The notes beneath the pieces were generated by a model. The model was not told where the DNA came from. It made no database searches and was given only the letters and a program-made list of their open reading frames with translations. A program made the translations under genes and the position numbers. Below, one piece after another: positions 21,441-32,289 of a DNA stretch of 64,000 nt. Source of the stretch: Nematocida ausubeli. Lineage: Eukaryota. The DNA is taken from positions 1 through 64,000 of the forward strand of contig NW_026515635.1 of assembly GCF_000738915.1 (NCBI RefSeq), read 5' to 3'. Position 1 is the first letter of the stretch, and every line of letters begins with the position of its first letter.

Positions 21441-21473
21441 TTAATTAAGTGCTAATGAAAATATTTGTATTAA

Positions 21474-22616
21474 ATGTTGGTTATAAACCTAGCACCAATT
21501 GATCAGTCAGGACGTAGTCTGGCCATAGCCCAGTATCTTAAGAAAAACAGTCACTCAGTTACGCTTGTATCATATAAAGGGGCCAGGGATTATTCTGGCC
21601 GAGTAGAAGACAAGTTGAATATTTCTTATATCCGGAATATTCCGACTAGAAATAAGCCCATCCTTGTGAGACAGATACTTATTCTGATTAAGTTCGTATA
21701 TATATCAATTATGAGCATGGTTCACTTGTATAAATACAGGCTTAATTTGCATACGCATGGCTTGAAGGAGTGCCTGACTAATTGCAAGTTCTATAACAAA
21801 GGGGGCACTGTGATATTTGTTGTACCACCAACTCTAACTGTCATATTTCCATTAATATTCTCAAAAATACTGGGAATTAGAGTGATCATAGATTGGCACA
21901 GAATATCCGTTGGGTTCATGGAAATATTTGACAGGCAGATTGCCAGGTGCGCAGAGAACATAACAGTCACATACGACATGCAGAAGTACTTTATTTCTCA
22001 CAGAATTAAAAAACCCTTTCTTCTGACGGATATTCGCCTAAGGAAGGCACTCACTAAGAAGGAAGAGACAAAAGACAGAAAAGTCTGTAAGAAGAAGTTC
22101 TTTGCATATTTATCAGAGAAGTATACGGAGTACAAGGAGAAGCTAGATTCAATAAAAATAGGTCAGCAGATTGGAATATGCAGCACAAGCTGCTCACAGG
22201 AAGAGAATATTGAAGGATTTTTGGAAGAGTTGAATACACTTAATATACCACAAGGGGGTGTACTATTTATAACGACAAAAGAGAAAATAGAATGCAAAAA
22301 TAAAACACTGCAAGTGATTCAGGTATTCCTGGATTATAATGATTATTTAGATCTCCTGGCAGTTGCAGACTTCGGAATATCCACTCATGTCTGCAGACTT
22401 GATTTTCCGTTGAAAATAGTAGATTACATGGATAGTGGTCTAAAGGTACTGGCTCACAGTAGTACACCCAGCATAGGAAACAAGAAAGACCACAGCAGAA
22501 TAATCAGATATACAAATAATATGAATATGAGAAGGTGCCTGGCCAGGTTATTCTCACAGAACAAAGGAACCATGCGAATTGAAACAAACAAAATAGAAGA
22601 AGAGAGTAAAGGGTAA
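21474..22616 (+). CDS. ALG1: Divergent ALG1-like (GT33) beta-1,4-mannosyltransferase
   Basis: D..GRS near the N-terminus, PPT, IIDWH, STS..EEN (ALG1 STSWTxDED) and DYLDLLAVADFGISTH..LDFPLKIVD. Confidence 0.7.
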   Translation: MLVINLAPIDQSGRSLAIAQYLKKNSHSVTLVSYKGARDYSGRVEDKLNISYIRNIPTRNKPILVRQILILIKFVYISIMSMVHLYKYRLNLHTHGLKECLTNCKFYNKGGTVIFVVPPTLTVIFPLIFSKILGIRVIIDWHRISVGFMEIFDRQIARCAENITVTYDMQKYFISHRIKKPFLLTDIRLRKALTKKEETKDRKVCKKKFFAYLSEKYTEYKEKLDSIKIGQQIGICSTSCSQEENIEGFLEELNTLNIPQGGVLFITTKEKIECKNKTLQVIQVFLDYNDYLDLLAVADFGISTHVCRLDFPLKIVDYMDSGLKVLAHSSTPSIGNKKDHSRIIRYTNNMNMRRCLARLFSQNKGTMRIETNKIEEESKG

Positions 22617-22624
22617 GACAAATA

Positions 22625-22729
22625 TACTGCAGTAGTACAAATTAGTCTAAATAATCATAATAAAGCGTATGTAATAGAGTATTCTTAATATTCAGAAGAA
22701 AGAGTACTGCAGTAGTACAAATTAGTCTA
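22625..22729 (+). repeat. 25-bp direct repeat TACTGCAGTAGTACAAATTAGTCTA (22625 and 22705)
   Basis: Exact duplication. Confidence 0.85.
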
Positions 22730-23324
22730 TTTTTAATGGAAATATATTTAGAAGATGGAAAGAAGACTCTAAAGACAACAGATCCATAGATCCTGGGTAG
22801 TAGGAATATGTGATTTATCTATATTTCTGCTGGAAATTAGTCTAGTAGAGTGAATTATAAGTATATTTTATTCTGTATATGTTTATATGCACTGTATATA
22901 TGTCCTTTTTACTTCATGTTTATTCTCTTCTACTGTTCTACTGTTCTACTGTAGTGCTTTAAATTCTTCTATTTCTGAAATTATTTCTGTTGTACTAACA
23001 CTCTTGTAGTAGAAGAATAAAGAAGTATTTAGTCTATTACAGTACGTATTTAGTCTACTTCGGGTTATATTTAGTCTATTACAGTATGAATGTGCATTAA
23101 AATAAGTCAATATAGAATATTAAAGGACAATGAAATTTATTCATGATTCATGCAAGAGAACAAGTATATATGCTAGGGTTAATGTGCTTGTATATTTACA
23201 TATTTTTGGTCTAGCATATTTTACTTCGTATTTCGTACCCATAGAGTATTTTCGTACCCATAGAGTATTTCTGTACCCATGGAGTACTTCAGATGGACTT
23301 ATTAATACTCTTACTGCAGTTAGA

Positions 23325-24578
23325 CTAAATAGACTTATTACATTTAGGATTACTTCCATTTAAATCATCAGATAATTCACCACTGCCTGCATCATCACTT
23401 GTATTATTTCCATTCTTACCAAGAGAGAGTTCTTTATTATCCATTTCACGGAAAATCAATGAATCACTAGATTTATCTGGACTCATAAACTCAATTAGTC
23501 CTTTCCTTTGCTTTGCTCGAATACTAAATGGTGATTCTTTATGGATAATTAATGAAGAACTACTGCTATCATCTCTTTGATAAAATCTTCCTTTTACATG
23601 TAACAAAGGCTTTCTTCTGGTATTTTTGTCTTTCTTGGTTCTGTCTGCATTATCATTTGGATTCTGTTCATTTTCATCAGGTGATGGACTCTCAATACTA
23701 GGCAATTCATCCAGAAGCAGTGAAGTACTAGACCTATCATCTTCCTTGTTGCGATTTGTTCTTAAGGGTATATATTCCACATGGTTTGATCTGTAGACTC
23801 CCTCACTACTATAACTCGGTTCAAATAGTCCTTCATTACTATTATGATTCTGTTCAAAGAATTCCCTTACTCCTTTGTTTATTCCTTTGATTATTGGGTA
23901 TTTTAATCTTTCACATACAATATTGACTATTTTATCGATTAGATTATCACTTATCTTTATAGATTCATTAGTCTCAGGGTCATTTAGTTCTTTTTCTTCA
24001 TTTTTCTTATCAATTTCATCTTCTTCCAAGAAGTTCTTTCTGACTTTCCACTTTAAAAGGGCATCTTCTTCATCTGCAAGTTCAGGATGTTCATGCTGCC
24101 ACTTCAAGAAGTCATTTTGTTCTTGTTCTGATAAGAGGTATTTAGCTTGCTGTAATAAGGCATTTCTCTCCTGGACTGAAATGGCATTTTCAGCTCGCCT
24201 GAATAGAGACTCTTTAGTGATATTTTCACTTATACTCGGAATATTTTCACTTCCATTGAATACTTGGAAATCTCCTATTGGCTCTGGTGTAGTACTATGG
24301 ATTGGACTGGAATTTGCTTCATTGAGATTATTTATGGAAGATGCAAGAACCCCTACTAAGGGTATATATGAGACTGTCTTAGTGTATCTGACTAGATTTG
24401 CAGCTATCACGCATATGGAAGAGATTAGAGTACTCTTAAAGGCAAATGATCCTAATATAAATCCTGCTATACTGTAGTATATTATGCTAATATCATGTGC
24501 CATTATGCAGTAGAGTATAATTGTATGAAGTACAATAAGAAATGACTTTATGGATAGTTCTTTCTTTGAGGCTTTCAT
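23325..24578 (-). CDS. Hypothetical protein with N-terminal hydrophobic/transmembrane region and low-complexity tail
   Basis: 417-aa ORF; hydrophobic first ~80 aa; TATA-like sequence upstream. Confidence 0.75.
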   Translation of the reverse strand: MKASKKELSIKSFLIVLHTIILYCIMAHDISIIYYSIAGFILGSFAFKSTLISSICVIAANLVRYTKTVSYIPLVGVLASSINNLNEANSSPIHSTTPEPIGDFQVFNGSENIPSISENITKESLFRRAENAISVQERNALLQQAKYLLSEQEQNDFLKWQHEHPELADEEDALLKWKVRKNFLEEDEIDKKNEEKELNDPETNESIKISDNLIDKIVNIVCERLKYPIIKGINKGVREFFEQNHNSNEGLFEPSYSSEGVYRSNHVEYIPLRTNRNKEDDRSSTSLLLDELPSIESPSPDENEQNPNDNADRTKKDKNTRRKPLLHVKGRFYQRDDSSSSSLIIHKESPFSIRAKQRKGLIEFMSPDKSSDSLIFREMDNKELSLGKNGNNTSDDAGSGELSDDLNGSNPKCNKSI

Positions 24579-24859
24579 GATACTTTTGCAAATAATTCAG
24601 ATTTATATAGGAATAAGAGCGGGAAAGATCCCGCCTTTTCCAAAAAATATCTAATCATTTTTTGTCACTTCTGCTTTAAACCATGGAAGTGATAATAAAA
24701 GTGAAGATGCAAGATGGAACTAATAATAGATCTATGTGCTAGTAATACATGGTAATAAGCAGGTCTAATTCATGTGATACTTTAATATGGCATATTCTAA
24801 CGGAAAATACCAAGAATAAAAATGTCTCACTAGCATATTAATAGTTCACAGTAGTAATA

Positions 24860-25300
24860 CTAGACTAATTAATTAATGAGTAGATAAGGGATAATGGCTA
24901 CCCTACTAATATATCTGACTAATTAACCAGTGACTAATTAATGACTAACTAGTGACTAAATAACTAAGAAATATTCACTAAAAATATTCACTAAAAATAA
25001 TTAACCACTGAATAACTACTGACTAACGATTAAATAAGCACTAAATATTCACTAAATATTCACTGACTAATGACTACTAAATAATTAATGACTAATGACT
25101 ACCCTACTAAATATTTACTGACTAAATATTTACTGACTAACGATTAAATAACTACTAAATATTCACTAACTAACGATTAAATAACCACTGACTAATGGCT
25201 ACCCTACTAAATAATTAATGACTACTAAATATTCACTGTCTAAATACCCCACTATATCCTCTATATACTAAATATACTATATACTCACTATATACTAATT
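24860..25300. repeat. Degenerate intergenic array (ACTAAATATTC/TGACTAA units)
   Basis: Repeated actaaatatt, gactaa and ctaacgattaaataa units. Confidence 0.85.
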
Positions 25301-25339
25301 AATTCGCTGCATATAAAAATAATTAATTATTTTCCTACC

Positions 25340-26278
25340 ATGCAAACAAAAGAAGTACCGCACTTGCAAATATCCACAGAGCACTCGTATATACATATAA
25401 TAAGTGCTATAATTAACGTAAAAATAGATATATTAAATGATGATACAATCTTAACAGATGAAGGCAAGAAAATAAAAGGACCTGCCAGGTGCATCTCGCA
25501 CTTACTCAGAAATACAGACGTAGATGAACAGACACTCACTAGCATCTCAAATGTAATTTCATTAAGACCACAGCAGATGCTGGCTTATGTAGCAGCAGGA
25601 CCAGCAGAAAGAATAGATAATTTATTGGCAGTTGCAAAGATAAGAAAGTGGTTATTTGAAGGACAAATTACAAATAAAGTATCTGACCATTTAATTAACA
25701 AATTAATAGAGATACATGACAGGTACCAAGATATATATGTAAAATATACTAATGAACTGTATATACATAAGGACTTAGTCAGGCCCATTGCAGAATTCTA
25801 CAAGATAGTCATTCTATCAGGGAGGATAGACTCTATTATGGACCATCCTGAGGCAGACACACTTTTCATTGAAAATGTAGACTTTAAGAATGAGAAAAGG
25901 ACTGTAGTCAGTGGGTTGAAGGGTAAATTTGAGAAGAGTAAATTATTAGGGGCCTGCTGCTTGTTTGCCGTTAATTTAAAGTCAGTTTCCTTCAAGGGCA
26001 CAAAATCCTTTGGGATGATATTATTTGGGAAGGGAGAAGGAAGTGGGTCTGTCATATTCACAGGCAGCAATGGGAGTAGACTAGGTCTATTAAAGTATCC
26101 TTTGTGCAAGTTGGTGCCATTTGATATTTCAGTTGGAGATGCATCCAAGAGGTCTCTAGAGGTATTCTTCCAGGGTCTGAATATACGGGGGAGTCAGTTG
26201 CTGTATAATGGCCTGGAGACAGAAATAGATGGGGAGACAGTGACTGTCCAGGATGTGGAGAATGGGATTGTCTCATAG
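25340..26278 (+). CDS. ARC1: Arc1p/EMAPII-like tRNA-binding (OB-fold) synthetase cofactor
   Basis: GRI....HPEADTLF...D....RTVVSGL...NLK....GTKSFGMIL signature. Confidence 0.8.
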   Translation: MQTKEVPHLQISTEHSYIHIISAIINVKIDILNDDTILTDEGKKIKGPARCISHLLRNTDVDEQTLTSISNVISLRPQQMLAYVAAGPAERIDNLLAVAKIRKWLFEGQITNKVSDHLINKLIEIHDRYQDIYVKYTNELYIHKDLVRPIAEFYKIVILSGRIDSIMDHPEADTLFIENVDFKNEKRTVVSGLKGKFEKSKLLGACCLFAVNLKSVSFKGTKSFGMILFGKGEGSGSVIFTGSNGSRLGLLKYPLCKLVPFDISVGDASKRSLEVFFQGLNIRGSQLLYNGLETEIDGETVTVQDVENGIVS

Positions 26279-26309
26279 ACTGTTTATTGTGGGGTGCATA
26301 AGGCAGTCT

Positions 26310-26935
26310 GTAGTGGGTTATAACAGTATTTAGTCAGTCAGTAGTGGGCTATTAGGTTATAGCGGGATTTAGTCAGCTACAACGGTATTTAGTCAATTAT
26401 TTGACAGTTATAATAGTATTTAGTCAGTTATTAGTCATTTATAACAGTATTTTGTCAGTTATTTATCTTAAAAATGACCATATATATCTGCACTTAGCCA
26501 ATTACAACAATATTTAGTCTATATACTCATATATAACCGTATTAAATAAATATTTAGTTTAATAATGCGAAGTGTTTAAGACCAGACTATTTAACAAAGC
26601 AAGAAGATACAACAAGATATAACACGAACAAAATCTATCATCTGATTTATTTAATCACCATACCGTATATATCCACTTATAATGGATATAACCAGATATA
26701 ACCAGAATATTAGTCATTTTTGGCTTCATAAAATCACTTATAACAGTATATTAGTCACTTATAACACATATTAACCATTTATAACATATATACCCATAAA
26801 CTAACAGTATTTATAACGTATATTAGTCACTTATAACAGTATTTATAACGTATATACCCATAAACTAACAGTACTTAGACCATAAATATAACGTATATAC
26901 CCATAAACTGACAATATTTAACTATATATCCTGTA
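26310..26935. repeat. Degenerate 10/20-bp arrays (TTAGTCA.TTATAACAGTA)
   Basis: Repeated units at 26320-26460 and 26690-26930. Confidence 0.8.
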
Positions 26936-26960
26936 ATAACCTCTGTGTATTAAATAATAA

Positions 26961-27689
26961 TCATATCTGCAATGCATCAATCCATGCCCTCTTCTCATCA
27001 TCCCCTAGCACTGCATTTGGTGCTGTCTTGAATAACCCATCAATTACAACAATCTCTGTGCTTGTTGTTTTCGAGCCAACAAAGCACGCGAAGTCATTGA
27101 TCACCAAGCCAGACCCTATTACATCTGAGCCTTTGTTCACTGTCCCGGGTACTACCCTTACATTCAAAAGATCTGATAATTCTGCAACTTCCTCAGCGGA
27201 TGTCTTAGAGCTAACCAGCATAGCCGTATTATTCATAGCTGCATACGAGCCTACTAAGCCATTCTCAGCTAAAGCATACTTAAATACATCTACGCCTAAT
27301 ACGTCTGTAATCATATCCACAGTCTCAGAAGAAACATCAGGATGCACTAGTGCACTGTTGTCGTTGCAGACAATAATATTTCCTAGGGCATTAAGACGCT
27401 CTTCAATACGCCTGACCCTAATGTAATTAGGAAGGGAATTTCTTAAGTGCTGTAGTTCTTGGTCTGTTGTACTGGAAGAGACAAGCAGACCCTTTGAATT
27501 TCCTACTGTCTGTGTGCCTGCCATTCTTATGCCATTAATTGTCGTTTGTATAACGGGAATATTTAAGACTTCTTCAAATGCAGATACAAAATTAGTGTTA
27601 TCTGTGGCTGCCACTAAAGCATACATATTTGTCATCCTTACGAATGCGCCTATTTCTTGGGAGCTCTCAAAGCTTATTCTTTGACTCAT
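26961..27689 (-). CDS. TIF6: Eukaryotic translation initiation factor 6
   Basis: FESSQEIGAF, TTDQELQHLRNSLP, EERLNALGN and GTVNKGSDVIGSG motifs. Confidence 0.97.
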   Translation of the reverse strand: MSQRISFESSQEIGAFVRMTNMYALVAATDNTNFVSAFEEVLNIPVIQTTINGIRMAGTQTVGNSKGLLVSSSTTDQELQHLRNSLPNYIRVRRIEERLNALGNIIVCNDNSALVHPDVSSETVDMITDVLGVDVFKYALAENGLVGSYAAMNNTAMLVSSKTSAEEVAELSDLLNVRVVPGTVNKGSDVIGSGLVINDFACFVGSKTTSTEIVVIDGLFKTAPNAVLGDDEKRAWIDALQI

Positions 27690-27714
27690 AAAAAATTTGC
27701 AAATCTGCGTATTT

Positions 27715-28755
27715 ATTTAGTCTTATACTGTTGGATTTGGGCGTATACTGTTATATTTAGTCGTAATTGGGTGTATATTGGTGTAAGTAAGTGTAATTAG
27801 TCATAAACTAGTGTATATTGGTTATATCCTGTTGTATTTAGTCTTATACTGTTGTAAGTGAGTGTATATTGGTGTATATTGGTGTATATTGGTTATATCG
27901 GGTTATATTTAGTCATAATTGATTAATATATGGTTATAATTAGTACTATATACTGTTATATTCTTGCTTTCGGGTTATATTTAGGATATTAATATGAATA
28001 TTTGTGTATTAAGTCTTGTCATTTTCAGGAGGGGGTGGAAAAAGTCTTGGCAAGTTTATAAAAAGGGGCGTAAGTCTTGGAGAAATGGATTAAGTCTTGT
28101 CATTTTCGAGAAGAAGTGGATTAAGTCTTGGAGAAGTGCCATAAGTTCTGGTAAAGTGGAAAAAGTCTTGTCACTTTCGAGAAAGAGTGAAATAACTTAA
28201 AGTCATAAATATAATGTACTAAGGCATAATTCACTATAACCCGAATATAATTCACAATTAATTTTACTGTATATTAAATGTGTATTACTAGATATGGATA
28301 TATTGCAGTTAATTTAAAATAAATTGACATGTTAATTAACTGGTTTAATTATTCTGGAACTGTCAAAATGACTTTTATTTGGGATAAATTAATTAATTAT
28401 TCAGCTGTAGATTATCTTGCATAATATGTGCATATACTAATAATAGTCTAACTCACATAACCCGAATTACAATAAAATTAGTCAGAAATACAACGTAATA
28501 CGACTAATTATAACAATATTTCACTTATAAACACTTATACTACAATATACTACTAAATACAACAATATATAACCCGTATAACAGGATATAACTAATTACA
28601 ACAGGATACAACAATATACTACTAATTACAACAGTATACAACAATATCCACCAATATCCAACAATATACTACTAAATATAACTAAATATAATAATATACT
28701 ACTAACTACAACAATATTCACCAGTATCCAACAGTATACGACAATTAAATATCCA
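27715..28755. repeat. Tripartite spacer: G/T-rich 10-bp array, central AAGTCTTG array, inverted A/C-rich 10-bp array
   Basis: The ggtgtatatt and atactgttgta units (27720-27990) mirror the acaatatact and acagtataca units (28560-28750). Confidence 0.85.
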
Positions 28756-28765
28756 AATTTATTCT

Positions 28766-29971
28766 CTACTTCCTGTAATATTCATAGAACCTGTACAGTT
28801 CTGCCTTGATTGCCTCTGCATCCTTTATGGGCACTATTTCATACTGCGTAAAAATGACAGTCTGCAGGAACAGCATAGATCTAAATACATATTCTGCCAT
28901 GGTGGGTTTTGCAGTTTCTGCAGAGAGCCCTTCCTCTAAGACACTTATATCAAAGCACTTTGCACAAGGCAGCCTGCTCCGGTTGTCTTTCTTGGCATCT
29001 GTCTGATTTTCTTGCTGTTTATGCGCACTGCATGTGATCTGTCCATTTAGTATGGTCTTAAGCCTCTCTGCCACGTACTTAAATTCCTTCATCCATTTTG
29101 TCTTGTCCCTGGGTGACTTCTTCTTCGGGTACTCATGGAAGTCTAGGGCGTAGTAGCCTCTTAGTGTCTCTGAGATGGGTGAATTATTTGACTCTTTCAC
29201 TTTCTCCTGGGCCCTTTCTTCTGCTTCATTTTCGTGTTTTGTGATTTCTTCTAATTCTTTGTTCTGTCTCTCCAGTAGGGCATTTCTCTCTTGCGACCAC
29301 TTGAAGAATTTCTCGAAGGCAGCTGGGTCCACTGAAGAAATTGACACGCCATAGGAAGATGTCTCTAAGAATTCCAACATATCTTCTAGTTCTTGCTCCT
29401 TTGTGGTTAGTGCTGTGCTTGCTAATTCTGGGTCATCCTCTGCATGCGGGTGCATGTCAATGGGTGTGAATGTTTCTGGTTTTGGGCCTGGCAGTTCTAA
29501 ATGCGGGGGTAAATTACTGAGTGTAGAGAGGTGCAGGAGTGTACTCGATAGAGTATTTGGTGTCTTAATGCCCCATACGCTGGATATGCTTGTCTCTCCA
29601 ATTCCTGCAATTTCTGGGGCTAGTTCTGGCTCTGTCTTATTTCCCAGAAAAGACTCACTCTCTTCCTCTTCGCTCTCTATGCTGTCGTATCCGTATATCA
29701 TTCTTTCAATTATCTTGCTCTTCTCTTCTTTCTTCTTCTGTATTAGTAGTTCTATCTCTTTTGCACGTTTTTTCTTGAAGTGCTCTTTAACTGTCTCTGC
29801 TGCCCCTCTGTTCTTAAAGTATTCTTTTACCATTTTATTATATTCATGCTTCCAGTTGTTTGAGGTAATCTTAGCATAGACCTTTAAGTAAGCTGCAATG
29901 AATGAGGTTTTCTTGAGGCCGTACCGGGTCACTGCGTTCAGTAAGTGAAGACGTGTTGTTGTGGTCCACAT
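28766..29971 (-). CDS. BRD8-like protein (N-terminal SANT-like helix, degenerate C-terminal bromodomain)
   Basis: MWTTTTRLHLLNAVTRYG resembles the BRD8 N-terminus; FDISVLEEGL...TMAEYVFRSMLFLQTVIF resembles bromodomain alphaA-alphaB. Confidence 0.5.
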   Translation of the reverse strand: MWTTTTRLHLLNAVTRYGLKKTSFIAAYLKVYAKITSNNWKHEYNKMVKEYFKNRGAAETVKEHFKKKRAKEIELLIQKKKEEKSKIIERMIYGYDSIESEEEESESFLGNKTEPELAPEIAGIGETSISSVWGIKTPNTLSSTLLHLSTLSNLPPHLELPGPKPETFTPIDMHPHAEDDPELASTALTTKEQELEDMLEFLETSSYGVSISSVDPAAFEKFFKWSQERNALLERQNKELEEITKHENEAEERAQEKVKESNNSPISETLRGYYALDFHEYPKKKSPRDKTKWMKEFKYVAERLKTILNGQITCSAHKQQENQTDAKKDNRSRLPCAKCFDISVLEEGLSAETAKPTMAEYVFRSMLFLQTVIFTQYEIVPIKDAEAIKAELYRFYEYYRK

Positions 29972-30134
29972 TCCGTTCTAAAAAATTTTACGTTGCACTT
30001 TATGCTATAAACAAGCCAAATATGGAATAATTAATTTTCTTATCACTTTCATGCGATCATTTTAATATTCTTTGGGATAAAATTATCCTGTCTTCTTGCG
30101 GTTACGTAAAGATGAAAAACTTTTAGAAAATAGA

Positions 30135-31358
30135 ATGCACATTTTGCAAGAAACACCGGTGGGATACGCACTCTTTAAAACTATGCCAATAGAATTAGAA
30201 GAAGTAGTAAGATATGCAGATACATCAGATGCAGTGAAGTCAATGGAGGATGCTTCAAAAGGCACACTTTCTAGTAGAATATTGAGTATTCTTGTGGACA
30301 GAAATGTAAAAACACTGGGACTAGCAAATAGTAAGCTAGCAGACGTAATTGAAGGCGCATACAAAGAGAAGGAGAGCAGTGTAAGGCTTGTTGTAGGTGA
30401 AGAAGTAGATGAGTGCATTAAGGAAATACACAGCAGACTCCCAGAACTCTTAAATGTCACAGAGAAAGAACTCAGCAGATGCTCGCTTCTACTAGCACAC
30501 GCACTCTGCCGGGAGAAGTTGAAGATGACCCCGCAGAAGAATGACATGGTAATTGTGCAAAGCATCAAAGTGATTGACAGATTAGACAAAGACATAAACA
30601 ATAAGTGCATGCGGATTAGGGAGTGGTACGGGATGCACTTCCCTGAGGTGGGTGAATTATTAGAGGACAACCACAAGTACTTAGAAGTACTCCAGAAGCA
30701 CTTAGGAAAAGAGAAAGATGAATTTGCAAATGACGGGTCAATTTCAGATGAAATCAAAGCGTGCTTGGAGAAGACAATTGGGGGAGAAATAACAGAAGAG
30801 GACCAGGCACTAATTAGAGAGTCTGTTGAAACTGTTTTGGATATGTTTGCAGCACGTGACAAATTGCATGATCACTTGCACAGCAGAATGGAGAGTGTAG
30901 CCCCAAATATGCTTGAACTACTGGGGGCCTTGCTGGGTGCCAGAATTATCTCGCACGCAGGCTCACTGACAGAGCTAGCAAGACAGCCTGCTTCAACTGT
31001 GCAAATGATGGGCGCAGAGAAGGCCCTGTTTAAGGCCATGAAGGAGAAGAAGAACACGCCTAAGTACGGTATAATATATAACTCTACGTATGTGGGGCAG
31101 GCCCCCATAGAGATAAAGGGACAGATTGCCAGGACACTTGCCTCAAAGATAGCCATTGCCAGTAGATGCGATGCCTCTGGGGAGGAAGAGAAGGGTGACT
31201 ACGGCGTGCGTGCCAGAGAGGAAGTGGAGAGAAGAATCGCAGCCCTGACGCAAAGAAAGAAGAAGCAGCAGGCATCTGCCCCACAGGCAGGCAAGTTCGC
31301 TATGAAGAGACCATCCGCAGGGCAGCACTCTTTCAAGAAACAGAAGTTCGCCAGATAG
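30135..31358 (+). CDS. NOP58: Box C/D snoRNP protein Nop58 (Nop56/58 family)
   Basis: ETPVGYALFK, LDKDINN..MRIREWYG.HFPE, PASTVQ.MGAEKALF and TPKYG; ATG 30135 is preferred over TTG 30096. Confidence 0.88.
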   Translation: MHILQETPVGYALFKTMPIELEEVVRYADTSDAVKSMEDASKGTLSSRILSILVDRNVKTLGLANSKLADVIEGAYKEKESSVRLVVGEEVDECIKEIHSRLPELLNVTEKELSRCSLLLAHALCREKLKMTPQKNDMVIVQSIKVIDRLDKDINNKCMRIREWYGMHFPEVGELLEDNHKYLEVLQKHLGKEKDEFANDGSISDEIKACLEKTIGGEITEEDQALIRESVETVLDMFAARDKLHDHLHSRMESVAPNMLELLGALLGARIISHAGSLTELARQPASTVQMMGAEKALFKAMKEKKNTPKYGIIYNSTYVGQAPIEIKGQIARTLASKIAIASRCDASGEEEKGDYGVRAREEVERRIAALTQRKKKQQASAPQAGKFAMKRPSAGQHSFKKQKFAR

Positions 31359-31429
31359 ACCATATAGGCAGATATTAAGAGAGTCAGTTATTGGTTAATA
31401 AATAGCTTCATAAGAATTGGGGTATTTTT

Positions 31430-31720
31430 GTGCATTATTATGTAATTAGTGCTTAATTAGTGAATAGTTAGTGTGTTATTAGAATGTTTAATTAATTCTT
31501 AATTAGTTCGTAATTAGTGTGTTATTAGAATGTTTAATTAATTCGTAATTAATGTTTAATTAGTCTGTTATTAGTTAAATCGGTTATAGTAGTTTAATTA
31601 ATTTTTAATTAGCGCGTAATTAATGAAATCAGTTATAGTAGTCTTAATTAATTCTTAATGAATTTGTTTAATTAGTCTGTAATTAATTCTTAAAGTAGTT
31701 TAATTAGTGAATGTAATTTA
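31430..31720. repeat. AT-rich ~11-bp array (TTAATTAGT)
   Basis: Repeated ttaatta units; taattagtgtgttattagaatgtttaattaatt is duplicated. Confidence 0.8.
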
Positions 31721-31974
31721 TCAATTTCTTGCTGCTGTCTATGAAATATGTGGAAGTGCACTTCTATTTGGCACAAAATAAGAAGGAGAGTGTTCTTGTA
31801 CTTCTGTATGTAGGAGTGTGCTAATTATAAATTCATTTATTATTGCATTTATACGTATTATACTATAATAAGTAATTGTGTAAATTAGTTTGGTATACAT
31901 TAAGAATATAACCGAATATAACAAGAAATAGTAGAATATTATATATCTACTAGTAATAAACATATTATATCTAC

Positions 31975-32285
31975 TTTACTATTTCACTACTAGACATATT
32001 CATATACTTCACTACTAGCCATATTCCCCTAGTGTATTTTCACTACTAACCATATTCTTCTCTCTACTTCACTACTAGACATATTCTTCTCTCTACTTCA
32101 TTACTTCACTACTTCACTACTAGACATATTTTACTCACTACTTCACTACTAGACATATTCATATACTTCACTACTAGACCTATTCTCCTAGTGTATTTTC
32201 ACTACTAGACATATTCTTCTCTCTACTTCTCTACTTCACTACTAGACATATTCTTCTCTTTCTCTCTATACTTCAGTACTAGGCA
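31975..32285. repeat. Tandem array CTTCACTACTAGACATATT
   Basis: About 9 copies with variable linkers. Confidence 0.9.
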
Positions 32286-32289
32286 TATC

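Noticed and set aside
28011..28170. Repeat-spacer pattern resembling a CRISPR array
   Set aside because: The repeat is only 8 bp, spacers are related to each other, there are no cas genes and the context is eukaryotic.
31975..32285. Direct repeats with variable linkers, CRISPR-like
   Set aside because: Linkers are themselves duplicated low-complexity units; it is a minisatellite.
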